From positions 176,237 to 208,236 of the forward strand of contig ACYB01000031.1 of the NCBI GenBank assembly GCA_000175855.1: DNA of 32,000 nt, given 5' to 3'. The stretch comes from Raphidiopsis brookii D9. GTDB taxonomy: Bacteria; Cyanobacteriota; Cyanobacteriia; Cyanobacteriales; Nostocaceae. The notes below the pieces were generated by a model. It saw only the letters and a list, made by a program, of their open reading frames with translations. It was not told the origin of the DNA and did not search any database. A program made the position numbers and the translations under genes. Positions 19,418 to 29,195 of this stretch are shown piece by piece (positions within the stretch are counted from its first letter, which is position 1; every line of letters begins with the position of its first letter).

Positions 19418-21025
19418 ATGAACAATTTTGAACTGGACACTTACCTTAACAGATTAAGTCAAAAACTAAGTGAAAAACTAAATGGAGACTCTCATAAGAG
19501 ATTCCCGGGCTGGTTGGCAGTAGATTTTGGCACTTCTAACTCTACAGTAACAATGTTTGACCCTATTGAAGTGCCAATTGCAGAAACCCTACCTAGAGAA
19601 CAAGAAGTAAGACTGCGTCAGCGGTTAGGGGAATGGTTAAACTCACCTCCCCATTTAGCTCTACCAGATATTGGTGTGAACGAATGGGAAAAATTCCTGG
19701 TTAATCTGGGTAGGAATTTGGAAATTCCACCAGAAGCAATAGGGGAAATTTTTGAAAATGACCATAAGGACAAATTTTTAGAAGCTCTTCGTCAAATTGA
19801 ACTATGTTTGGGAAACAGTGAAAGATTTCGTCGTGCTGTCAGTAAAAAACTCTATCAAATATATCATGAGGTTTTTCGCGTTCCTACCCTAGAGTCGCAA
19901 AATTTGATTCCAGTGGTTTTGGATTTTAATAGAAGACAAACAGAAATTCCCAGTGAAATAGAAATCTGTAAAATACAACCATTGAAATTGCAAATGGGTA
20001 GAACTGCAAGAGATAACCGCAAAAAGGCGATCGCCCAGGGTACAATTACTGCAGTTAAAGATATTATTAGCAGATTTCATCATTCACCAAAACGATATTT
20101 TGGGCAAAATCGGACTTTTCCTGTGGTGATAAATGAGGGAGAAAAAAATGATCTAGAAAATAATAACATTGAAGTTCACCAATTAATTCAAGCAGCGTGG
20201 GGACATCTAATTGAATTAACTGAAGACTATCGTCAACGTGCAGGTAGAAGATTTTCTCAAGGGGACTTATTAACAGCAGTAGTCACCTATCCCACAGTTG
20301 CTCCTCCGGTGGTGCGAAAGGAGATTAAAGCATTAGTGGAAGAATTAGGGTTGGATGATGTACAAACGGCCTATGACGAAGCTGTTTCCGTAGCCATATT
20401 CTTTTTATGGCGAGAATTTGGTGGCAATTTGAATATTGGTATTGAATCATTTAAAACCCGTTGTCGTCAGGAAAAAAATAACTGGTCCCAAAATGTTCTG
20501 GTATTAGACATTGGTGGAGGTACAACTGACCTAGCATTAATCAAACTCACTTTAGAAGATAAAACTCCTGTTTTTACCAATAATGAAGATAGAGGTTTGG
20601 GAGGACGTTATTATAAACTGACACCAAAATTATTGGGTTCTTCAGGACATTTACAACTAGGTGGGGAATTAATTACTTTACGAGTTTTTCGACTGTTAAA
20701 AATTGCCCTAGCTGATTTTTTATTAACAGCGGTTACCGATGGTAATATAACCAGTGATAAACTGGAGGACTTAATTAATTCAGAACTCAACGAGCGATTT
20801 TTACAAGATGGCAAATTCAAAAGTGGCAGTTTATTAAAATGTGTGGACAAAGAGAATCCAGAAGGGGATGTTGCTTTCAAAGATGCTTTAGACACCGCTG
20901 AAAAAGTCTTACCAACTCGATGGCAACAAGCTCCTCAACGTCTCCAAACCTTCTACACTCTGTGGGAACATGCAGAATCGGCCAAATTAAAATTGGGGAG
21001 AAAGGATCTGAAGATGGTTTATTAA
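19418..21025 (+). CDS. Actin/Hsp70-fold ATPase, N-terminal part (SrfB-like?); frame interrupted near 20995
   Basis: Phosphate-1 motif AVDFGTSNSTVTMF, phosphate-2 motif VLVLDIGGGTTDLALI and VVTYPTVAPPVVRKEIKALVEELGLDDVQTAYDEAVSVA. The last residues (RKDLKMVY) are out of frame. Confidence 0.8.
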   Translation: MNNFELDTYLNRLSQKLSEKLNGDSHKRFPGWLAVDFGTSNSTVTMFDPIEVPIAETLPREQEVRLRQRLGEWLNSPPHLALPDIGVNEWEKFLVNLGRNLEIPPEAIGEIFENDHKDKFLEALRQIELCLGNSERFRRAVSKKLYQIYHEVFRVPTLESQNLIPVVLDFNRRQTEIPSEIEICKIQPLKLQMGRTARDNRKKAIAQGTITAVKDIISRFHHSPKRYFGQNRTFPVVINEGEKNDLENNNIEVHQLIQAAWGHLIELTEDYRQRAGRRFSQGDLLTAVVTYPTVAPPVVRKEIKALVEELGLDDVQTAYDEAVSVAIFFLWREFGGNLNIGIESFKTRCRQEKNNWSQNVLVLDIGGGTTDLALIKLTLEDKTPVFTNNEDRGLGGRYYKLTPKLLGSSGHLQLGGELITLRVFRLLKIALADFLLTAVTDGNITSDKLEDLINSELNERFLQDGKFKSGSLLKCVDKENPEGDVAFKDALDTAEKVLPTRWQQAPQRLQTFYTLWEHAESAKLKLGRKDLKMVY

Positions 21026-22410
21026 CCTTTACCCTGAATGAGCAAGAAATTAGCGAGTTGCTTTTACAAAGCAGTGTGAAATTTCAACTGGTTAGTGCTG
21101 ATTCTATTTACCTAACTATAAATGCCCAACAATTTGAACGTTGTGCTATTTCTAGTATTAGAGAAGCGATAGGAATCGCCAAAGGACTGATGGAAAGTCG
21201 TTTAAATGAAGATCAAAAGGTAGATTGGTTAATTCTCTCGGGTAAAACTTGTAATCTGGATTTGGTGAAAACCCAAATTTACCAAGAATTCAGCAAATCT
21301 CCCTACTTTATCTGGAATCCAGAACGGATTACTTTTGTCCTAGAATTCACTAAGTTAGCAACTTCTGCTGGTGCTTGTTATGCAGAAAAATTAAGAAGGT
21401 TAAGATTTGATCCTGAAGCTTCTAAAAATTTACTGCGCAAGGGAGCAAATCAGCTGGAAATAGATGTGAAAAATCTATTTTATTATTTACCCTGCAACTT
21501 CAAGCGCAAAACCCAAACTCAGGAACTATTATCTATTTTTAATGCTGGACAAGAACTCTATCAACTTATCCCTTGGGAAAGTGTCGCTAAGGTAAGAACC
21601 ACCTGGCAAGGTATTCAGTTAACTAATATCATCTATCGTCAAGATTACCAAGATGGTGAATTACGTCTTTGGGGTAGTTTCGATGGTAAAACTCTCATGG
21701 AAAATTTGAGGATGGAAGAAGCTGAATTTCTCAAAAAAATTCAAGTCCAATTTGAAATTGACCAAACTCTCCAATTTACTGTTTTACTCTGTCAAGGTAG
21801 TCCCCATTATTTAATAGATGTGCCAGGAATTGATATCAATTCTGTCATTGACCCCCATGCAACTGGTTCTGATATATTTGTTGATGGAAAATTAAAATGG
21901 AATATTGCCCTCATAGGGGATTATGAAAATTTAAAAGATGGTGATATTGCTATCAATGTCCTAGAATCTGCTACAGTGGATCAACCGGATGCCTATCATT
22001 TAGTCTTTGCAGTTGATAACAGTCAAAATCAGATATTAGAAACGTTTCATTACTTACAAGATGGCACCAAAGAAACTGGGAAGGGATTAATTAGTAGTCC
22101 TTTACCACCATTTCCCCACAATGGTCAACATAATTTCTATATCTGTCAAACCGATAGTTTGACTAAAACTAAAAAATGGATCCGTATTGGATCCCTTAGC
22201 AAACCAGAAATCTCTACGGATTACCCTTGTCAATACTATGTCACCCTAGATAGTAAGGGGATATTAAGAATGCACCCAGGAGCAGTTCCTTACTGGACAT
22301 CCCATAGTCTGGAATCCTTACAACAACCAGGATGTGTTTACTGTACTGAATTGGAATTACAACCTAATGAAATTGATAGGGAACGAGACCCCTTTTGTGG
22401 TGTGCATTAA
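20920..22410 (+). CDS. Actin/Hsp70-fold ATPase, C-terminal part; same gene as 19418..21025 in the +1 frame
   Basis: The real coding portion begins at about 20996 (GEKGSEDGLLTFTLNEQEISELLL...). It contains an Hsp70 adenosine-motif-like segment, VDWLILSGKTCNLDLV. The overlapping N-terminal residues before this are out of frame. Confidence 0.75.
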   Translation: MATSSSTSPNLLHSVGTCRIGQIKIGEKGSEDGLLTFTLNEQEISELLLQSSVKFQLVSADSIYLTINAQQFERCAISSIREAIGIAKGLMESRLNEDQKVDWLILSGKTCNLDLVKTQIYQEFSKSPYFIWNPERITFVLEFTKLATSAGACYAEKLRRLRFDPEASKNLLRKGANQLEIDVKNLFYYLPCNFKRKTQTQELLSIFNAGQELYQLIPWESVAKVRTTWQGIQLTNIIYRQDYQDGELRLWGSFDGKTLMENLRMEEAEFLKKIQVQFEIDQTLQFTVLLCQGSPHYLIDVPGIDINSVIDPHATGSDIFVDGKLKWNIALIGDYENLKDGDIAINVLESATVDQPDAYHLVFAVDNSQNQILETFHYLQDGTKETGKGLISSPLPPFPHNGQHNFYICQTDSLTKTKKWIRIGSLSKPEISTDYPCQYYVTLDSKGILRMHPGAVPYWTSHSLESLQQPGCVYCTELELQPNEIDRERDPFCGVH

Positions 22411-22430
22411 AACTATATTTTGTCATTTAC

Positions 22431-23558
22431 ATGATCATGATTCCACATCTACAACATCTACAACAATTATTAGCAACCCAAGATTCGCTTATTTCTCAAC
22501 TATTGAAGTTTAACCTATACGGACTCAAGGAGACACTAACACAGGCCAAAACAGCTTATCCCGCAGATCCAGGTTATGATTTATGTTCCCAGGTCATTGG
22601 GGAAATAGATGGTCTTTTACAGTCGAATTCAGTTGGGGAGCTGGAAGATGTTGAATTCACAATCCATAATTCCACATCTGGTCAATTACTCACAGAATTA
22701 CGACAAATTTTTAATTCTGATTTGGAGGTCAGGTTTTACCTGGGAGATCAACCTTTACACAGCGATAATGACTGTGATCTCTGGAATGAAATTCACCGCA
22801 AGTTGCTGCGCTTACCAGAAGACCTGGCCACAATCTGGAAAAACCGCACTCTGGAAATTGCCAAAAAACTCGGTGCTATGGAAGATTATGTGCATCTTCA
22901 TTATTTACCCTTTGTGCGCGATGAAATTATTTATCCCGGTCTAAGTGGCACAATCGTCTCTCCCGGACTCTCTTTGTCTAAAAAAGCTTTGCTCAAATTA
23001 GACCTAGCTCAATTACATAACTCCGATAATTGGCACTTTTTAACTGGTTTCCTCTCTTTATATACTAGTTTCATTGATATCGACCCCGATCTACATCACG
23101 CCCTAAAAAGTGTCTTTAGCTTTGATGTTATCTCTTTTCAATCTCATCCCGAACAAAAGCAATTATATCTGGAATCATTTAGCGATCGCCTGCAACGTAA
23201 CCAAAAACTTAATGATGATTCCAGCAGTATCATAAATTTACGCAGTTGGCTGGATTTAGATGAAGCAATACATTCCCTAGTATTTGTTCCCCCAGCGGAA
23301 AGATATTCCTGGTGGGGAAAACTCCAACAAGAATCAAGACGTATACTCAAAAAAATGGCTGATCAAGCTACGAAAGCAGGTAACAACATCAAGATCAAGC
23401 AACTATCAGGACTATATGCTGATATTTGCCAGTACGCTAAGGATGATTTACAACTGGAGAATGGGGGAACTCCAGGAGAGGTTCTATCTTGCCTTCGCTT
23501 ATACGCAAAAATAAATGAGGAAGAATATCCAGGAAGAGTAATATATAGGGCTTGTTAA
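22431..23558 (+). CDS. Uncharacterised mostly helical protein (376 aa), third member of the dynamin/Hsp70-like cluster
   Basis: Same strand, ATG at 22431, 20 bp after the preceding stop at 22410. The ORF track start at 22395 is an overlapping TTG. No family motif recognised. Confidence 0.72.
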   Translation: MIMIPHLQHLQQLLATQDSLISQLLKFNLYGLKETLTQAKTAYPADPGYDLCSQVIGEIDGLLQSNSVGELEDVEFTIHNSTSGQLLTELRQIFNSDLEVRFYLGDQPLHSDNDCDLWNEIHRKLLRLPEDLATIWKNRTLEIAKKLGAMEDYVHLHYLPFVRDEIIYPGLSGTIVSPGLSLSKKALLKLDLAQLHNSDNWHFLTGFLSLYTSFIDIDPDLHHALKSVFSFDVISFQSHPEQKQLYLESFSDRLQRNQKLNDDSSSIINLRSWLDLDEAIHSLVFVPPAERYSWWGKLQQESRRILKKMADQATKAGNNIKIKQLSGLYADICQYAKDDLQLENGGTPGEVLSCLRLYAKINEEEYPGRVIYRAC

Positions 23559-23565
23559 GACAGGG

Positions 23566-23610
23566 ATTTTGAGCTTTGAGTGATAAAGACATCAATTCAA
23601 AACTCAAAAT
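23566..23610. terminator. Hairpin in the convergent intergenic region, candidate bidirectional terminator
   Basis: ATTTTGAGCTTTGAGT ... ATTCAAAACTCAAAAT: 16-bp stem with one mismatch and one G-U, 13-nt loop, between convergent genes ending at 23558 and 23636. Confidence 0.55.
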
Positions 23611-23635
23611 TTCATTCAACTACATGGCTATGGCT

Positions 23636-24268
23636 TTAAGCCATTTGATTTTCAATTGCCCAGCGTGCTAGCTCAGTACGATTATGCAGGTTAGTCTTGC
23701 CCAACATATTAGATACATGGCTTTCAACTGTACGCTGACTGACATTTAATTCCTCAGCAATTTCCCGATTTGCTAAACCCCTAGCCACAAATTGAACTAC
23801 TTTTAGTTCCGTAGGGGTCAATTGAACATCAAAAGGAACTTGGATGCGAGAACCAGGTTCCCCCACTTTGGTTTGATGTTCTTTCCAGCGACTGGTTTGC
23901 TTGAGTGAGGATTCTACTTGGGCCACAAGTTCTTCTGGTTCAAAGGGTTTGACCATGTATACGTCAGCTCCCTTATTTAAACCTTTTACCCTGTCCGCAC
24001 TTTGTCCTTTCGCTGACAGAAAAAGAACGGGCACCCAACTAGTCCGCTCGTTTTGTCTTACCTGTTCAACAAAGGTATAACCGTCCATTTCTGGCATCAT
24101 CACATCACAGATGATCATATCGGGAATATCCTGTTCTAAAATACCCAGAGCTCTTTGCCCATTTTCAGCTGTTAGAACGTCATATCCCCTAAATCCTAGA
24201 TAGTCTCTAACTAGCAAAATTAGATTAGGATCGTCATCAATCAGTAAAAGTCGTTTTTGGTCTTTCAT
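23636..24268 (-). CDS. Two-component response regulator, NarL/FixJ (LuxR HTH) type, Ycf29-like
   Basis: 210 aa; receiver domain (LLLIDDDPN, DMIICDVMMPEMDGYTFV, VKPFEPEELVAQ) and LuxR HTH (LTPTELKVVQFVARGLANREIAEELNVSQRTVESHVSNMLGKTNLHNRTELARWA). Confidence 0.9.
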   Translation of the reverse strand: MKDQKRLLLIDDDPNLILLVRDYLGFRGYDVLTAENGQRALGILEQDIPDMIICDVMMPEMDGYTFVEQVRQNERTSWVPVLFLSAKGQSADRVKGLNKGADVYMVKPFEPEELVAQVESSLKQTSRWKEHQTKVGEPGSRIQVPFDVQLTPTELKVVQFVARGLANREIAEELNVSQRTVESHVSNMLGKTNLHNRTELARWAIENQMA

Positions 24269-24645
24269 GCTGAATTCTTTTATAGCGTTGGCATTTTTCG
24301 CGCTTAGATCCTTCCCGGGATGGGATGGAAGAGCTTCTTTCCACCTAACTCATTCCTGTTGGTTATGGTTTGTGTGGGTGGTTGTTACTCCTTAGATAAT
24401 ACTAGTAACTTAATGACAAAGGTCTAGTAAGGATACGGAGAGCAAAAGTATTTATAATGCGCTATTATATTTTCCTTTGCCAGAAGCGAGTACAAGAATT
24501 TTATTCAATCATTTTGACGCCAAAGATGATCTTTACAATTCTACCCGCATTTCTATTAGGTTACTATTGCCCATACAATATCCAAGTTTTAGCGTTGAAG
24601 TTAAATCATACAAGAACATAAAAGTGGAGAACCAATTTTACATTT

Positions 24646-25701
24646 CTATATCTGTTTAACTCTTGCTAAAGGATTCACCTTTAGTGGTTGAACGCCACAA
24701 CTCCCTATCCTCTCAGCAGTTAACGCCTCTGAGGAATACATTCTAATTATGTTCAGGCTACTATTGAGATCTGCATTAATAACCTGACCATTGGCGGATC
24801 TAAATAGTCCCCGATGTACTCGTTCCCCCAAATATTTTTGATGTTTTGCTATGGGTTCAAAATCCCAAGCAGAGCACTTACTGGTGTATGCCTCATTAAC
24901 TGTGATTAGTTCAATCTGTGCTAGTCGGCATTTGTGTTCCAGCATGCTAATGAGTCTACTATAGGGTATTGGCATGAAGTTGTGTCTCTTGCTTATACCC
25001 ATCCTAGTCTCTTTTTCCCATTCATCGTTCTTTCCCACTACTAAGGTTTTAATACCATTAGACTTGAGATAATTGATTACGATAGAGGAGGTCTGATGAA
25101 GATAGTTATCCACTCGGTTATGATATTTGCTGGTTATCCCACCCAATCTTCGACTGGGTTGACTCTCAGACTGATAGGATCCTATTAGATCCCGCTTCCT
25201 ATTGAACAGTCGATTGAGGGATTTCAATGGTTTACCATTCACCAATAAAGGTCTAATAGTTGAACTATTAGTTGTTAAGGCAACCAGGTTATTAACTCCC
25301 AGGTCTATACCAGCTATAACTTGTGTAGACCTAGTTGTAGGCTCTTGCACCTCATAAGTGAATTTGAGGAGGTATGAGCCATTATTCCTGGGAATAATCA
25401 TGGCTTCTACCAGTTTTCTAACCTTACCAATGGAATCGTTCACATCACCCTCAAATAGACTTTCAAATAACTGGCACATTCCTTGGACTAGGGATGGTTG
25501 ATCCATGGTTGGACAACCCTGATATACATTATATACGACAATTGGAAAGCGTCCCTTAATTTTGTGTTTGTAATTGGGGATTTTTGGTGCATCTACATAT
25601 TTAGATGGATTAGCTTGCCAATCTTGCCAAGACCTGATATAGCCTTTCCACCTTTGTAATACCTGTCTAATGACTGAAAAACCTCTGTGAGTAACTGCCA
25701 T
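24646..25701 (-). CDS. tnpB: IS200/IS605-family TnpB (RNA-guided nuclease/OrfB), N-terminus shorter than typical
   Basis: 351 aa; RuvC-type GIDLGVNNLVAL, LVVGKNDEWEKETRMGISKRHNFMPIPYSRLISMLEHKC, NEAYTSKCSAWDFEPIAKHQKYLGERVHRGLFRSANGQVINADLNSSLNII. It starts in the middle of the N-terminal region, and a stop (TAA) lies upstream in frame. Confidence 0.85.
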   Translation of the reverse strand: MAVTHRGFSVIRQVLQRWKGYIRSWQDWQANPSKYVDAPKIPNYKHKIKGRFPIVVYNVYQGCPTMDQPSLVQGMCQLFESLFEGDVNDSIGKVRKLVEAMIIPRNNGSYLLKFTYEVQEPTTRSTQVIAGIDLGVNNLVALTTNSSTIRPLLVNGKPLKSLNRLFNRKRDLIGSYQSESQPSRRLGGITSKYHNRVDNYLHQTSSIVINYLKSNGIKTLVVGKNDEWEKETRMGISKRHNFMPIPYSRLISMLEHKCRLAQIELITVNEAYTSKCSAWDFEPIAKHQKYLGERVHRGLFRSANGQVINADLNSSLNIIRMYSSEALTAERIGSCGVQPLKVNPLARVKQI

Positions 25702-26204
25702 CTCCTGATAAGCTCTGGAAGTAAATACTAAGCCATATAGCTTCCTACTAGAAAGTATTTTGACCCGTTTTAAAAAAAGACTGCCTTATATAGTAGGTAC
25801 ACAAATTGTAGAGATTTTTGGCTTTAAAGCAGATTAAATCACATCCCCGCCAATATTTATTAGTTTTGTAAATAGGATGCGTTTTAACTAACTGCATCTA
25901 GTTTTCTCCTGCAAGTAGAATGTGGAAATTGGCGAAATTTGGTTGCACCAATAGCCAAAAGTTGGGAACTCCTGTATTGTTACTCATTCAGGGATTCCTT
26001 GACTACATTTCTATAACAATTTTCCCCATTTGGAAATAAAGTTGTTCATATAAAAATATTCACCACTTACCCAACAGAACCAGATAACTAGAATAATTCA
26101 GTATTTATGCTTGATTAAGAAGTGATATATATAATCAAGGGGTAAATCAAAGGAAAGCAAAAATCCAGCAGATTGTGTTTTCCTCACCTATTAAACCTTC
26201 TCCA

Positions 26205-26220
26205 GTTCGGAAAACCGTAC
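26205..26220 (+). promoter_or_regulatory. K-box-like element upstream of groESL
   Basis: GTTCGG-AAAA-CCGTAC matches the published cyanobacterial groE K-box pattern GTTCGG-NNAN-CCNNAC. Confidence 0.75.
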
Positions 26221-26259
26221 AGATAAGATTGTTGCCATTTGTGGTCTTTTTTCGGTACA

Positions 26260-26286
26260 TTAGCACTCAGGAGTTGAGAGTGCTAA
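26260..26286 (+). promoter_or_regulatory. CIRCE operator (HrcA site)
   Basis: TTAGCACTC-AGGAGTTGA-GAGTGCTAA, a perfect TTAGCACTC-N9-GAGTGCTAA inverted repeat 29 bp upstream of groES. Confidence 0.97.
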
Positions 26287-26315
26287 TCAACGACATTTAA
26301 GATAAGGAAAAAATA

Positions 26316-26627
26316 ATGGCAGCAGTATCTCTAAGCGTATCCACAGTTAAGCCCCTAGGCGATCGCGTGTTTGTAAAAGTCACAGCAGCTGAAGAAAAGA
26401 CAGCAGGTGGGTTGTTTTTACCCGACACAGCTAAAGAAAAGCCCCAAGTAGGGGAAGTAGTAGCTTTAGGAGCTGGTAAGCGCAATGATGACGGAACCCG
26501 TCAGGAAATTGATCTGAAGGTGGGCGATAAAGTACTATATTCCAAGTATGCAGGTACTGACGTGAAACTGGGTACAGAAGAATATGTACTGCTTTCTGAG
26601 AAAGACATTCTAGCAGTAGTTGGGTAA
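26316..26627 (+). CDS. groES: Co-chaperonin GroES
   Basis: 103 aa; [44 protein letters not shown]. Confidence 0.98.
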   Translation: MAAVSLSVSTVKPLGDRVFVKVTAAEEKTAGGLFLPDTAKEKPQVGEVVALGAGKRNDDGTRQEIDLKVGDKVLYSKYAGTDVKLGTEEYVLLSEKDILAVVG

Positions 26628-26687
26628 TAGCAGTTTAGGTAGAAGAACAAACTACCCTAAAAACCACCCTAACAAGTTGATAGTTAA

Positions 26688-28355
<1,668 letters not shown>

Positions 28356-28363
28356 TCCCTAAG

Positions 28364-28392
28364 TTAGGGGGAGGTGTAAAACCTTCCCCTAA
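28364..28392 (+). terminator. Hairpin downstream of groESL, probable terminator
   Basis: TTAGGGGGAGG-TGTAAAA-CCTTCCCCTAA (11-bp stem, one G-U) 9 bp after the groEL stop; no strong T-tract. Confidence 0.6.
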
Positions 28393-28409
28393 TTATGATT
28401 TAAGGAATA

Positions 28410-29074
28410 TTAGCGAGATAGCACCAGATTACTAGTTAATGTAATAGCCAAATCCTGTTCTGGGCGCAGAACAAACACATCAGCGGTGTTCTTTCGCAAT
28501 AACACACTCGCCAAAGCGCCCGCTGCTGCACCACCAATGGGTTCCAAGACCTCTACTTTTTTATTACCAGTGACCAGAGCGATCAAAGTTGCAGCACCAG
28601 CACCAATAGCAGCATCGGTTAAAATCTGACCGGTGTCACTTCCCCTAGTGATAGTTTCTGTTCTGGTAATGGTTCTAGAATTAGCACTAATTGTTTGTGT
28701 TGTGCCATTAGGAAACACCAATTCGGTTGCGACAAACCTTACCCCTCTTGTATTATTACCCCCAAATTAACCGGTGTCAATTCTCCTGTCACCTCACTAT
28801 TAACAGGAATTAAGATATTTCTATTACTATCCATAATATCATTAGCTATTCTCAAGGTCAGGGGTATTCTTTCCCCCGGTTGGAGAATTATTTTTTCTTT
28901 TTCATAGGTTACGGGTAGGGTCACATTAGCTGGAATCGTAATCGTGCGCGGCTGGTTAAAATTAAATTGTGCTTGAGCAGGATTAGGGTAGAGCCAGGGA
29001 ATAACAGCAACTGTGTTAATGGCTATGGTCATTAGTGCAGCAGCAGTTGATTTCCAAGTTATTAGACCACTCAT
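28410..29074 (-). pseudogene. Hypothetical secreted protein split into two ORFs (28739..29074 and 28410..28721) by an apparent one-base deletion
   Basis: The upstream ORF has a signal-like N-terminus (MSGLITWKSTAAALMTIAINTVAVIPWLYPNPAQAQ) and ends ...GELTPVNLGVIIQEG*. Adding one G to the G5 run (28759-28763) continues as ...PVNLGGNNTRGVRFVATELVFPNGTTQTIS... into the second ORF. Confidence 0.7.
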
Positions 29075-29136
29075 AAGATATTACCAATAATCGTCCTGGA
29101 TAGTATGACCTAATCCTGGCAAAATAGTTTCCAAAC

Positions 29137-29162
29137 AACAACCCGCCCTAGGGCGGGTTGTT
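29137..29162. terminator. Perfect 26-nt GC-rich palindrome downstream of the porin gene
   Basis: AACAACCCGCCCTAGGGCGGGTTGTT, 34 bp past the porin stop, between two minus-strand genes; poor T-tract. Confidence 0.6.
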
Positions 29163-29195
29163 AGTGTTCAACAGGTTACTAAGTCACTATTGAGC

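Noticed and set aside
24477-24659. 60-aa plus-strand ORF opposite the tnpB 3' flank
   Set aside because: Short, AT-rich, no ribosome-binding context or motif.
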